A DNA stretch of 64,000 bases. Source: Planctomycetota bacterium (lineage in GTDB: Bacteria > Planctomycetota > PLA2 > JAEUHO01). Within the stretch, counting starts at the first letter, position 1; each line of letters starts with the position of its first letter. The DNA lies in NCBI GenBank assembly GCA_965222115.1, contig CBDCTJ010000007.1:960001-1024000 (forward strand), written 5' to 3'. The translations under genes were made by a program, and so were the position numbers. The notes beneath the pieces are model-generated. The model did not search any database and was not told the DNA's origin. It worked only from the letters and a program-made list of their open reading frames with translations. Below, piece after piece: positions 34,209 to 43,712 of this stretch.

Positions 34209-34568
34209 ATGCCGAAGATTCGCCCCCTCAACGATCGCGTTCTCATTCAGCGCATCGAAGCCAGTGACAAGACCGCGGGTGGCATCATCCTGCCCGACTC
34301 GGCCAAAGAGAAGCCCACCGAAGGCCGCGTCATCGCCGTTGGGTTGGGTCGCTCGGACGACAAGGGTGAGCGTGTGTCGCTCAGCGTGAAGAAGGGCGAT
34401 CACGTCCTCTTTAGTTCGTATGCCGGGACCAGCATCAACGACCAAGGCAACGAGTACTTGGTGCTCGAAGAGAAAGAGATTCTCGCCATCGTTGACGACA
34501 AACCCTTTGGTGGTTCCAAGAAGGCAAGCGGCTCCAAAGGCAAGACGAAGAAGAAGGCCAAGCGCTAA
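34209..34568 (+). CDS. groES: Co-chaperonin GroES with Lys-rich C-terminal extension
   Basis: IRPLNDRV, TAGGIILPDSAKEKP, GDHVLF, EILAIV; RBS AAAGGA. Confidence 0.97.
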   Translation: MPKIRPLNDRVLIQRIEASDKTAGGIILPDSAKEKPTEGRVIAVGLGRSDDKGERVSLSVKKGDHVLFSSYAGTSINDQGNEYLVLEEKEILAIVDDKPFGGSKKASGSKGKTKKKAKR

Positions 34569-34673
34569 CTCGTTTCACCGTAACTCCAGTTTCTATGCGG
34601 CATGTGCGGTGCGCGGCGAACTTCGCCCGCGTTGCCTCCCACGCCATCATTGCTGTTCGAAGGGAATACACAC

Positions 34674-36353
34674 ATGGCAGCTAAGCAGATCGCCTACAAC
34701 CAAGATGCACGCGAGCGCATTCGCGCGGGTGTTCGTCAACTTGCACGCGCCGTCAAAGTCACGTTGGGACCGCGCGGTCGCAACGTCGTGATCCAAAAGT
34801 CGTTTGGTAGCCCCACCGTCACCAAAGACGGGGTGACGGTTGCCAAGGAAGTCGAGCTCAAGGACGCCTACGAGAACATGGGCGCCCAGATGGTTCGCGA
34901 AGTCGCCAGCAAGACATCCGACGTTGCGGGTGACGGTACGACTACGGCAACGGTACTCGCGGAGGCCATCTTCGAAGAAGGTCTCAAGAACGTAGCCGCA
35001 GGTGCGAGCCCGATCGGTATCAAGACGGGAATCGCGTTGGCCGTTGAGGCGGTCGTCAAGAAGCTTGAGAGTATGAAGACCCCCATCAAGGGCAGTAAGG
35101 AAATCGCGCAGATTGGCGCCATTGCCGCCAACAACGATCCCGAGATCGGCAAACAGATTGCCGAGGCCATGGATCGCGTGGGTAAGGACGGCGTGATTAC
35201 CGTGGAAGAGGGCAAGGGCCTTGAGACCAGTGTTGACTGGGTCGAAGGCATGCAGTTCGACAAGGGCTATCTCTCGCCCCACTTCATCAACAAGCCGCAG
35301 GCCATGACCTGTGAACTCGATCGTCCCGCTATTCTCGTGTTTGAGAAAAAGCTTTCGTCGGTCAAGGACATGCTTCCCTTGCTTGAGAAGGTTGCCAAGG
35401 GTGGCCGTCCCCTGCTCGTGATTGCCGAAGATGTTGAAAGCGAAGCGCTTGCCACGTTGGTGGTGAATCGTTTGCGCGGCGTGTTCCAGTGCTGCGCCGT
35501 CAAGGCACCCGGCTTTGGTGACCGTCGTAAGGCGATGTTGCAAGACATCGCGGCGCTTACAGGTGCCACGGCGGTTATGGAAGATTTGGGGCTTGACGTG
35601 TCGGGTCTTGATCTCAAGGACCTTGGCAGCGCCCAGCGCGTGATCATCGACAAAGACAACTGCACCATCATTGAAGGCGCTGGCAAGCGTGCCGCCATTC
35701 AGGCGCGTATCAGCCAAATCAAAGCCGAGCTTGAGAACGCCTCGTCGGACTACGATCGCGAGAAGCTTCAGGAGCGCCTCGCGAAGTTGGCCGGTGGCGT
35801 GGCACAGATCAATGTGGGTGCGGCAACCGAAGCCGAGATGAAGGAGAAGAAGGCGCGCGTCGAAGACGCCCTTCACGCCACGCGTGCTGCGGTGGAAGAA
35901 GGCATTCTTCCCGGCGGTGGTGTAGCGCTTCTTCGTTGCGTTCCGGTGCTTGACAAGCTCAAGACCACAGGCGACGCGGTTATCGGCGTGCAGATTGTTC
36001 GTCGTGCTCTGCAGGCGCCGCTGCGTCAGATTTCGAAGAACGCAGGCGTGGACGGCTCCATCGTCGTCAAGAACGTGCTCGACAACAGTTCACAGAACTA
36101 CGGCTACAACGCCGCCACCGACAAGTACCAAGACTTGGTCAAGGCCGGTGTGATCGATCCCACCAAGGTGGTTCGCACCGCGCTTCAAAACGCTGCCTCC
36201 ATCAGCACCCTCTTGCTCACCACCGAAGCGGTCATCTCCGAGATTCCCGAGGAGAAGGAAGCTCCGGCACCCGCGCCCGGTGGCATGGGCGGCATGGGCG
36301 GCATGGGTGGAATGGGAGGCATGGGCGGAATGGGGGGCATGGGAGGTTTCTAG
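34674..36353 (+). CDS. groEL: Chaperonin GroEL
   Basis: [30 protein letters not shown] and C-terminal GGM repeats. Confidence 0.99.
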   Translation: MAAKQIAYNQDARERIRAGVRQLARAVKVTLGPRGRNVVIQKSFGSPTVTKDGVTVAKEVELKDAYENMGAQMVREVASKTSDVAGDGTTTATVLAEAIFEEGLKNVAAGASPIGIKTGIALAVEAVVKKLESMKTPIKGSKEIAQIGAIAANNDPEIGKQIAEAMDRVGKDGVITVEEGKGLETSVDWVEGMQFDKGYLSPHFINKPQAMTCELDRPAILVFEKKLSSVKDMLPLLEKVAKGGRPLLVIAEDVESEALATLVVNRLRGVFQCCAVKAPGFGDRRKAMLQDIAALTGATAVMEDLGLDVSGLDLKDLGSAQRVIIDKDNCTIIEGAGKRAAIQARISQIKAELENASSDYDREKLQERLAKLAGGVAQINVGAATEAEMKEKKARVEDALHATRAAVEEGILPGGGVALLRCVPVLDKLKTTGDAVIGVQIVRRALQAPLRQISKNAGVDGSIVVKNVLDNSSQNYGYNAATDKYQDLVKAGVIDPTKVVRTALQNAASISTLLLTTEAVISEIPEEKEAPAPAPGGMGGMGGMGGMGGMGGMGGMGGF

Positions 36354-36422
36354 CACCCGTTAGAAGCGCCTAACTTGCACCTGTAGCTTGCAACCGGCCT
36401 ACGCTGCACCAATCCTGTAACC

Positions 36423-37814
36423 ATGCAGGACGCACCGAAAGCACTTCAGCCGCTGTGTTTGCTCAACGTCGTTGGGTTGACACAGCGGCTGTTGCGTTTT
36501 GCGCCGCGGCTTGCTGCACTCGGGGAGGCGAAACCGCTCCAAGGTGTCGTGCCCGCGGTCACCATGACGGCACAGGCCACCATGCTGACAGGGCTCTCGC
36601 CATCGGGCCACGGCATTGTTGGCAACGGGTGGTTTGATCGCGGCTTTGGTGAGGTGCGTATGTGGCCTCAGAGCCACGCGCTTGTGCAAGGGGAAAGTCT
36701 TTACGCAGCCGCCCGGCGTTTGGCGCGTGCGGAGGGTCGCGCGTTCGTTTCGACGAAGCTGTTTTGGTGGTTCAACCAAGGCGCACCGGTGGACATTGCC
36801 GTCACGCCCAAGCCCTACTACGGAAGCGACGGGAACAAAGTCTTCGCGGTGCATGGCAAACCCACGCCGGTGGTTGCCGACCTCGTTCGTCGCTTGGGCG
36901 CGTTTCCGTTTCCTGCCTTTTGGGGGCCCATGGCGGGCCTTGCGTCCAGCACATGGATTGCAAACGCCGCCGCACACATCCTGCGTGAGCATCAGCCCAC
37001 GCTTTCCATGGTGTATCTCCCGCACTTGGACTACGACCTTCAACGATTGGGTCCCGACCATCCATCAGCCGCAGAACGCGTAAAAGAAGTCGACATCGCG
37101 GCCGGTAAAGTCATCGATGCTGCGACCGAGACCAAGACAAATGTCCTCGTTATTTCGGAGTACGGCATCGTGCCCGTCTCTCGTCCGATTTTTCCCAATC
37201 GAAGCCTACGAGCACAGGGACTGCTAACCGTTCGCGACGGTCCCTTTGGCGAAGGGCTCGAGACGTTTCAATCGCGTGCGTTCTGCGTATGCGATCACCA
37301 AGTGGCGCATGTGTATGTTCGTGACAGCGCCGACATTCGCGGCGTGTCCGAAATTCTTTCGTCCTTGGAAGGCGTGGCCCAGGTGCTCGATCGACGCGCA
37401 CGGGTTGCCATGGGTCTCGAGCATCCGCGTGCGGGCGACCTGTTGTTGTTGGCCGAGCCCGACGCGTGGTTTGCCTATCCCTACTGGCTTGACGACGCAC
37501 GCGCGCCCGACTTTGCGCGTTCCGTCGACATTCATCGAAAGCCCGGTTACGACCCGGCCGAGCTTTTCTTCGACCCACGCCTACGCGCACCCAAACTTCG
37601 TGCGGCAAGGCGCCTAATTCAAAAGAAATTTGGCATGCGTTACCGCATGGACGTGGTGCCGCTCGATCCCGCGTGTGTTCGCGGGAGCCACGGTCTGGCT
37701 GCAAGCGACCCCGCCGACGGACCATTGGGAATCACGAATCTCCCGCACGGCCTGGACCGACTCGAAAGCCTTTCTGACGTGAAGGATTACGCCCTCCGGG
37801 CGATGGGGTTCTAA
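36423..37814 (+). CDS. Alkaline phosphatase superfamily nucleotide pyrophosphatase (EboF-like)
   Basis: LNVVGLT, PAVT nucleophile region, YLPHLDY, SEYGI, DHQVAHVYV, DIHRKPGYDP, GSHG. Confidence 0.88.
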   Translation: MQDAPKALQPLCLLNVVGLTQRLLRFAPRLAALGEAKPLQGVVPAVTMTAQATMLTGLSPSGHGIVGNGWFDRGFGEVRMWPQSHALVQGESLYAAARRLARAEGRAFVSTKLFWWFNQGAPVDIAVTPKPYYGSDGNKVFAVHGKPTPVVADLVRRLGAFPFPAFWGPMAGLASSTWIANAAAHILREHQPTLSMVYLPHLDYDLQRLGPDHPSAAERVKEVDIAAGKVIDAATETKTNVLVISEYGIVPVSRPIFPNRSLRAQGLLTVRDGPFGEGLETFQSRAFCVCDHQVAHVYVRDSADIRGVSEILSSLEGVAQVLDRRARVAMGLEHPRAGDLLLLAEPDAWFAYPYWLDDARAPDFARSVDIHRKPGYDPAELFFDPRLRAPKLRAARRLIQKKFGMRYRMDVVPLDPACVRGSHGLAASDPADGPLGITNLPHGLDRLESLSDVKDYALRAMGF

Positions 37815-37903
37815 GCGCGCCGTCTTTAGAGGCACTCGGCTCGGGCTGCGCAACTGCCCTCTTCGCGCGCACCTTGTTACGATTTTTCGCAAGGAGACCC
37901 CGC

Positions 37904-40900
37904 ATGGCGATTGACCTCAAGTCTAAAGATGTGCCGACGACGACGCGACCGCGCTATCCGGGCATTCGTCTCGTGTGCAATGGCAATCAGCTCGTCTCGT
38001 TGCATACCGAATCGCGCATTGCTGACGCGGGCATCTTCTATCCGATTACGCCCTCGACCGAGATGGGCGAGATGTTTCAGCTCACGTTCTCCGAGGGCGC
38101 GCTCAACGTCTTTGGCCGGCCGAAGTTGGCGGTGGAGGCCGAGGGCGAACATGCCGCGCAAGGCGGGGCCATTGCGTATGCCGTTACGGGCAAGCGCGTG
38201 GTGAATTTTACGTCCGGGCAGGGCATTGTTTACGGCATTGAGCAATACTACCACGCGCCCGGTAAGTTGGCGACCATGGTGGTGGAAGTCGCCGCGCGCG
38301 CACTTACCAAGCACGCGCTCAATGTGCACTGCGGACACGACGACATTTATTCCGCGTTGGATACGGGTTGGATCATGTTGATGGCGCGCGACGCCCAGCA
38401 GGCCGCCGACCAAGCCCTCATCATTCGGCGCGTGACCGAGCTTTCATTGACGCCAGGGATGAATATTCAAGATGGGTTTTTGACGTCACATCTTGAGCGC
38501 ACGTTTGTGAAGCCCGAAGCAGAGTTATTGCGCGAGTATCTGGGTTCTCCCGACGACATTATTGAGTGTCCCACGCCTGCGCAGATGGAACTCTTTGGAC
38601 CCCGCCGTCGGCGCATCCCCGAGATGATGAATCTTGCGCAACCGATTCTCCTGGGACCGGTGCAAAATCAAGAGCACTACATGAATGGCGTGGTCGCGCG
38701 TCGCAACAACTTCTATGAGCCGATTCTTGGGTTCCTTGAGGAAGCCTACGCCGAGTTTGGTCGTCTCACCGGGCGACACTATGGACTCCTGAGCGAGTAC
38801 AAGACGCAAGGTGCCGACACGGTCTTTCTCTCGCTGGGATCGGCGGCCGAAAACATTGAAGCCGCAATTGACCACTTAGAAGCAACGCGCGGTGAAACCG
38901 CCGGTTCGATTCACGTCAATGTGATTCGACCGTTCCCGGGCGATGCGATCGCCGCCGCCGTCAAGGGCAAGAAGCGCGTGATCGTTCTGGAGCGCACCGA
39001 CGAAGCGCTGGCCGGAGACAATCCACTCACGCGCGATGTGCGCACGGCGCTCAGTCGCGCGCTTGAAGTTCACGCCCTTGGCGGTGTTGAAGGGAAGACG
39101 TCGATTGCCTCGTCGGAAATGCCGCGCATCTTCAGTGGTACGTACGGCTTGGGATCGCGCGACTTCCGACCGGAAGGCATCCTCGGTGCGTATGAGTTCG
39201 CCACCGGTCAGCGTCCACGCGCCGATGGTCGCACGGCAAAGGATGGCGAATCCTACTTCACGCTCGGCATCAATCATCCCTACGAAGTGCGCTCCGACGA
39301 TCGACCCTCCTTGCTTCCCGATAACGCCATCGCCGTACGACTGCACTCCATTGGCGGCTGGGGCATGATCACCACCGGCAAGAATCTCGGGGCCATCATT
39401 GGTGCACTGGGCGAATACGTTTCCGAGAAGCGCGATCGGCGCGACGCATTCGGGCAACTTGAAGAGGCCATTCACGTAAGTGCCAATCCGCGCTACGGCT
39501 CGGAGAAGAAAGGTGCGCCCACGGCCTACTTCCTTGTCGTGGCGCCGCGTCGCATTCGTGTGAACTGCGATCTGCAGCATGTGAGCGTGGTGCTTTGTTG
39601 CGATCCCAAGGCCTTTACGCACTCCAATCCCCTTGACGGCATGGCCGAAGGCGGTGCCTTCGTGTGGGAGTCTTCGGAAACACCTGAGGGTGCCTGGCGA
39701 CGGATTCCAAAGCACTTGCGTCAGCAGATTATCGACAAAAACATCCGACTGTTCATTTTGCCGGGCTTTGAGATTGCGCGCAACGCTACCGACCGCACCG
39801 ATTTGCAGCTTCGAATGCAAGGTAACGCATTCCTGGGCGCGTTCTTCGGTGTCTCGTCTTTCCTCGGCGACAACGACATCGACCGGGAACGATTCGAACG
39901 ATTGGTGCGTGCGCAGTATCAAAAGAAGTTTGGTCGCTTCGGCGATGCGGTCGTTGAGTCCAACATGACCGTGATGACCGATGGTTTCTCACGCGTGCAG
40001 CCCGTGCCCTATGGCGATGTGAATGCCCCTGATGAGTCGGCCATGCGTGGACCGCGACTTATGCCTTGTTCCACAGGGCCTGCGGCGTGTGGCTCCGCGA
40101 GTGGCAAGGCAAACGTATTTCGCGGAGACTACTTCGATGCCGAGTTCCGCGCCGGGCTTGGGTATCGCCAACCGGCTTCTCCACTCGCTTCGGTGGGTGT
40201 GATGGCGGCCGCAACCGGTGCAACGTCTTCGAAGTATGTGGCGCGTCGCGAAACACCGATCTTTATTGCTGAGAACTGTACACAGTGCATGGCGTGCATC
40301 ACGGCGTGCCCCGATACGGCGCTGCCCAATACGTCGCAGCCACTCTCTGCGCACCTCGAAACCGCCATCAAGAACTACGTGTCGGACGAGAAGGACCGCG
40401 CCACATTGATGGCCGCGGCGCCAGAGATTGAATCCGAGGCCCGCGAAGCCATGAACGAGGCGGTGGCGGCCAAAGACGTGGTCCCGCTGGTTTCCATCCT
40501 GGGCGATCTCGTGAACGGGCGCGACGAGGTGAGTGAAGCGAGTCGCCAGGAACTTACGGCGATCTTGGATATCCTTCCGCTGGCCTACGGCAAGGTCAAC
40601 GCCATCTTCCGTGTGCCGGAACGTAAAGAAGCGGGGCAAGGCGGGATCTTCTCCATCTTCGTTTCCGACCTTTGCAAAGGATGTGGCGAATGCGTCGAGC
40701 AGTGCGGTGATCACGATGCCCTGCGCATGATGTCCGACAGTGAATCACTCAATGCGCAGGTCGCGAGTGCAACGACCTATCTTGATCTACTGCCCGAGAC
40801 GCCGCAGACCTACCTAGGTAGATACGACAATGAACATCCTGAAGACTCGCGGGCTGCCACCCTTCGCAATCACTTGATGGTCCAACGCAACTACCAAGCG

Positions 40901-42583
40901 CTTGTCTCCGGCGACGGCGCGTGCGCAGGTTGCGGCGAGAAGAGCATTCTGCATGTGATCGCCTCACTGACCGAGGCCTACATGCGTCCCATGTATCACC
41001 GGCACGCGGCGCGCCTTGATGAAAAGGCCAGCCGAATCGAAGCCGAAGGTGTCGAGCGGCTTACCGCGCTTGAATCCAGTGATCCCAAAGGGTTTGCGCT
41101 GCTTCGAAAGACGATTGCACACGTCATCATGGGCCTCGGAGGCGAAAACGACGACGACACGCAGGCGCGCATGAAGCGTGCCGATCTTTCGCCGCGCGCC
41201 ATGGTCGATGCGCTTGTGATGGTCATGCGCCAAGAAGCGCATAACCGTCGCGATCTTGAGACGTTGGAAGGACGCTTGGCGGGCGGTATGTCGGTCATGG
41301 CCATGGGCGCGAGCACGGGCTGTAACACGGTGTATGGATCTACGCCGCCCAACAACCCGCATCCCTACCCATGGATGAATTCACTCTTCCAAGATGGCAG
41401 CACGATTTCGTGGATGATGGGCGAGAGCTTTATCGACAACCACGCCCGTCGCGCGGTGATTCCCGAACGCGTGGCCGATGCCGTGCTTTCGCGCGACACG
41501 GATGTCGTAACGGATGACGAGTACTTCGCTTACACACACTTTGGCGATGCCATGATGTCGGACCAGGAGATTGCCGAGCTTCCCAAAGTGTGGTGTGTGG
41601 GGGGCGACGGTGGCTTAGGGGACATTGGGTTTCAGAATCTCTCCAAGGTCATGCTGCAAGGACGCCCCAACGTCAATGTGGTCATGCTCGACACGCAAGT
41701 TTACTCCAACACCGGCGGGCAAAACTCCGACTCCACGCCCATGCCCGGTGGCGGCGACATGAACCAGATCGGCGAGGCAACGCAAGGCAAGATGAGCGAA
41801 AAGAAGAGCGTGGCGGAAGCGTTTACCGCTGGCCACGGATCGGCCTTCGTGGCGCAGATGTCCATGGCCGACGAACCGCGGTTGCTTAAGTCCATCCTTG
41901 ATGGGTTGGAGTACCGCGGCACGAGCTTCTTTCAGTGCTTTACAACCTGTCAACCCGAGCACGGCGTGGGCGATCATATGTCGGCGGTACAGGCCACGCG
42001 CATTCGCGACTCGCGTGGCATGCCGCAGTTTGTCTTTGATCCACAGAAGGGCGAGACCTACGACGAAGCCATGGACATCGCTGGCAACCCGTTGCCCGAT
42101 CGCGACTGGAAAGGCGGCAAGGCGCGCGGCGAGCGGCGTACCCCGTGGTACACGACGGCCCACTGGGCCGCAACCGAGGCACGTTTCCGCCGTCACCTGA
42201 AGAAAATCTCCGCCGAACAAGCGGAGGCACTCGTGCCCATCGACCACATGTTGTTGTGCCTGAACCAAGAAGACGTGCGTCTCCGCCGCTTCTTGGATCC
42301 CACGCACCGCGCCTACGTACCCGACTTCGGCACCTACATCCAAATGCCCGGCGTCAAGGGCACCACGTACCACAGCATCTCACGCCAGATGGTCTTGTTC
42401 TGCGTCGAGCGACGCAAAGCGTGGCGCTTGCTTCAAAGCAAGGCGGGCGTAAAGAACAAAGACTATCCAGCGCACCGCTCGCTGCTCGCCAAGCTCGATG
42501 CCGGCGAAATCAAACGCGACGACGTGCTAAAAAACGGACGAGCGCTTTTGGAAGCGGAGGAGAATGCGTTGGCTGGGAAGTGA
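37904..42583 (+). CDS. Pyruvate:ferredoxin/flavodoxin (2-oxoacid) oxidoreductase, single-chain large form
   Basis: YPITPS, FTSGQG, GSEKKG, CTQCMACITACP and CKGCGECVEQC ferredoxin motifs, GACAGCGE, GGDGG, DTQVYSNTGGQ; RBS AAGGAG. Confidence 0.93.
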   Translation: MAIDLKSKDVPTTTRPRYPGIRLVCNGNQLVSLHTESRIADAGIFYPITPSTEMGEMFQLTFSEGALNVFGRPKLAVEAEGEHAAQGGAIAYAVTGKRVVNFTSGQGIVYGIEQYYHAPGKLATMVVEVAARALTKHALNVHCGHDDIYSALDTGWIMLMARDAQQAADQALIIRRVTELSLTPGMNIQDGFLTSHLERTFVKPEAELLREYLGSPDDIIECPTPAQMELFGPRRRRIPEMMNLAQPILLGPVQNQEHYMNGVVARRNNFYEPILGFLEEAYAEFGRLTGRHYGLLSEYKTQGADTVFLSLGSAAENIEAAIDHLEATRGETAGSIHVNVIRPFPGDAIAAAVKGKKRVIVLERTDEALAGDNPLTRDVRTALSRALEVHALGGVEGKTSIASSEMPRIFSGTYGLGSRDFRPEGILGAYEFATGQRPRADGRTAKDGESYFTLGINHPYEVRSDDRPSLLPDNAIAVRLHSIGGWGMITTGKNLGAIIGALGEYVSEKRDRRDAFGQLEEAIHVSANPRYGSEKKGAPTAYFLVVAPRRIRVNCDLQHVSVVLCCDPKAFTHSNPLDGMAEGGAFVWESSETPEGAWRRIPKHLRQQIIDKNIRLFILPGFEIARNATDRTDLQLRMQGNAFLGAFFGVSSFLGDNDIDRERFERLVRAQYQKKFGRFGDAVVESNMTVMTDGFSRVQPVPYGDVNAPDESAMRGPRLMPCSTGPAACGSASGKANVFRGDYFDAEFRAGLGYRQPASPLASVGVMAAATGATSSKYVARRETPIFIAENCTQCMACITACPDTALPNTSQPLSAHLETAIKNYVSDEKDRATLMAAAPEIESEAREAMNEAVAAKDVVPLVSILGDLVNGRDEVSEASRQELTAILDILPLAYGKVNAIFRVPERKEAGQGGIFSIFVSDLCKGCGECVEQCGDHDALRMMSDSESLNAQVASATTYLDLLPETPQTYLGRYDNEHPEDSRAATLRNHLMVQRNYQALVSGDGACAGCGEKSILHVIASLTEAYMRPMYHRHAARLDEKASRIEAEGVERLTALESSDPKGFALLRKTIAHVIMGLGGENDDDTQARMKRADLSPRAMVDALVMVMRQEAHNRRDLETLEGRLAGGMSVMAMGASTGCNTVYGSTPPNNPHPYPWMNSLFQDGSTISWMMGESFIDNHARRAVIPERVADAVLSRDTDVVTDDEYFAYTHFGDAMMSDQEIAELPKVWCVGGDGGLGDIGFQNLSKVMLQGRPNVNVVMLDTQVYSNTGGQNSDSTPMPGGGDMNQIGEATQGKMSEKKSVAEAFTAGHGSAFVAQMSMADEPRLLKSILDGLEYRGTSFFQCFTTCQPEHGVGDHMSAVQATRIRDSRGMPQFVFDPQKGETYDEAMDIAGNPLPDRDWKGGKARGERRTPWYTTAHWAATEARFRRHLKKISAEQAEALVPIDHMLLCLNQEDVRLRRFLDPTHRAYVPDFGTYIQMPGVKGTTYHSISRQMVLFCVERRKAWRLLQSKAGVKNKDYPAHRSLLAKLDAGEIKRDDVLKNGRALLEAEENALAGK

Positions 42584-42682
42584 TGGGTGGTCGGGATATA
42601 CCGGTTCATCTCAAACCTGCTAGTCGAACGTCACCAAGCTGGTGGGAAGAAACGCGGCACGGTACTCTATTCCTGTCGAATC

Positions 42683-43075
42683 TCAGGAATTCGGCTCATC
42701 TAGCCCGTTGGCCAGGACACTTGCCGCTGCTACATCAATTGCGCCAGCGTCGTCGAAGTACAGAATATAGTGGCGCAGCAAGGTGGGCAGTTGTGTACGC
42801 GTATCAAGTAGGCTGTCTCGTGAACTCAATATCATTTGCAACCAGTCCGAATCATCACTTACTTTCAACGACTCGGCAGGTGAGACGTGGCGTACTTCCC
42901 AGCAACTCGAATCCCAGTAGCTAATTGCGACTGTGCCGCTAAATCGCACGTGAGCCCATACAACACTCCCGTCATCATTTTCGTAATCATATTCAATGAC
43001 AACATCTGGACCACTCATCCGGATTTTAGGACCATCGACGGTTCGATTGGTCGGCACAAGGAGTTTTAGTTCCAC
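42683..43075 (-). CDS. Hypothetical protein (accessory; lower GC)
   Basis: GTG at 43075 preceded by GGAGG; about 130 aa, with LRHYILYFDDAGAIDVAA near the C-terminus. Confidence 0.65.
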   Translation of the reverse strand: MELKLLVPTNRTVDGPKIRMSGPDVVIEYDYENDDGSVVWAHVRFSGTVAISYWDSSCWEVRHVSPAESLKVSDDSDWLQMILSSRDSLLDTRTQLPTLLRHYILYFDDAGAIDVAAASVLANGLDEPNS

Positions 43076-43395
43076 TAATTGCCTCCGCCTCGAATTCTTG
43101 GTACAGACCAGCGCGACTCCCACTTTCGCGCAAGCGCGTAGTCAACTGCGCTCGAACCGAGCGAAACCGGTTTCATTTCTTATCATAATACAACGAATAC
43201 AATGCCGGGTATCTTCCCGCCAAGTTAGTGACTTTGAATTGGAACCCTTGCGAACGCCGTCAACGTAGAAGCGAAGGAGCGAACTCGCTTGCGTAATTCA
43301 GCAATCAGGTCGCACGAATCGCGTGTTGTCCATTGCGAACGGAATTGCGTTGCGGATGACTCCTTACGAACGCAACAGACATATTCGACTCCACC

Positions 43396-43500
43396 GCCCT
43401 GTCAGGGCAGCAACTATGGGGGTGAGTTACCTGACTCGGGGTTCTGCGCCGCTACGCTGGCGCGCCACCCCGGGGCTGTGTCCGTGGCTCCTACGGGGCC
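43396..43500 (+). repeat. REP-like palindromic repeat (family 1, copy A)
   Basis: GCCCTGTCAGGGC...CTCGGGGTT...CCCCGGGGCT...GCTCCTACGGGGC, collinear with the reverse complement of 57636-57757. Confidence 0.6.
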
Positions 43501-43712
43501 GTTGACGATTTCGCGTAACGCAACCGGCGAAGACATTGATTCTTTTCGCGAGATTCGCCAAGAGTCGAACCGATTGAGAGTCGTTCGGCGCATTCGCAGT
43601 TCGCATTCAGCGTCGCTAGCGCTTCTTTGCGCGGTCCTTCAACAAGCACCTACTGACTTGACCAAGTGCGTTCACCTCACGGCTGCGCTTGGTGTCCTTC
43701 GTGCCCTTTGTG

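Noticed and set aside
34647-35876. 409-aa ORF antisense to groEL, and similar long antisense ORFs over the NifB-like, GT2, HD-GYP, PFOR and gdhA genes
   Set aside because: Shadow ORFs are expected in high-GC coding DNA, and these have no recognisable motifs.
36279-36350. Tandem GGCGGCATG-type repeats
   Set aside because: They encode the normal GGM tail of GroEL.
37904-42583. Reading PFOR (NifJ-like), the NifB-like protein and the MocA-like gene together as a nitrogen-fixation region
   Set aside because: The genes are more than 20 kb apart, there are no nitrogenase structural genes, and PFOR and MocA are general metabolic enzymes.
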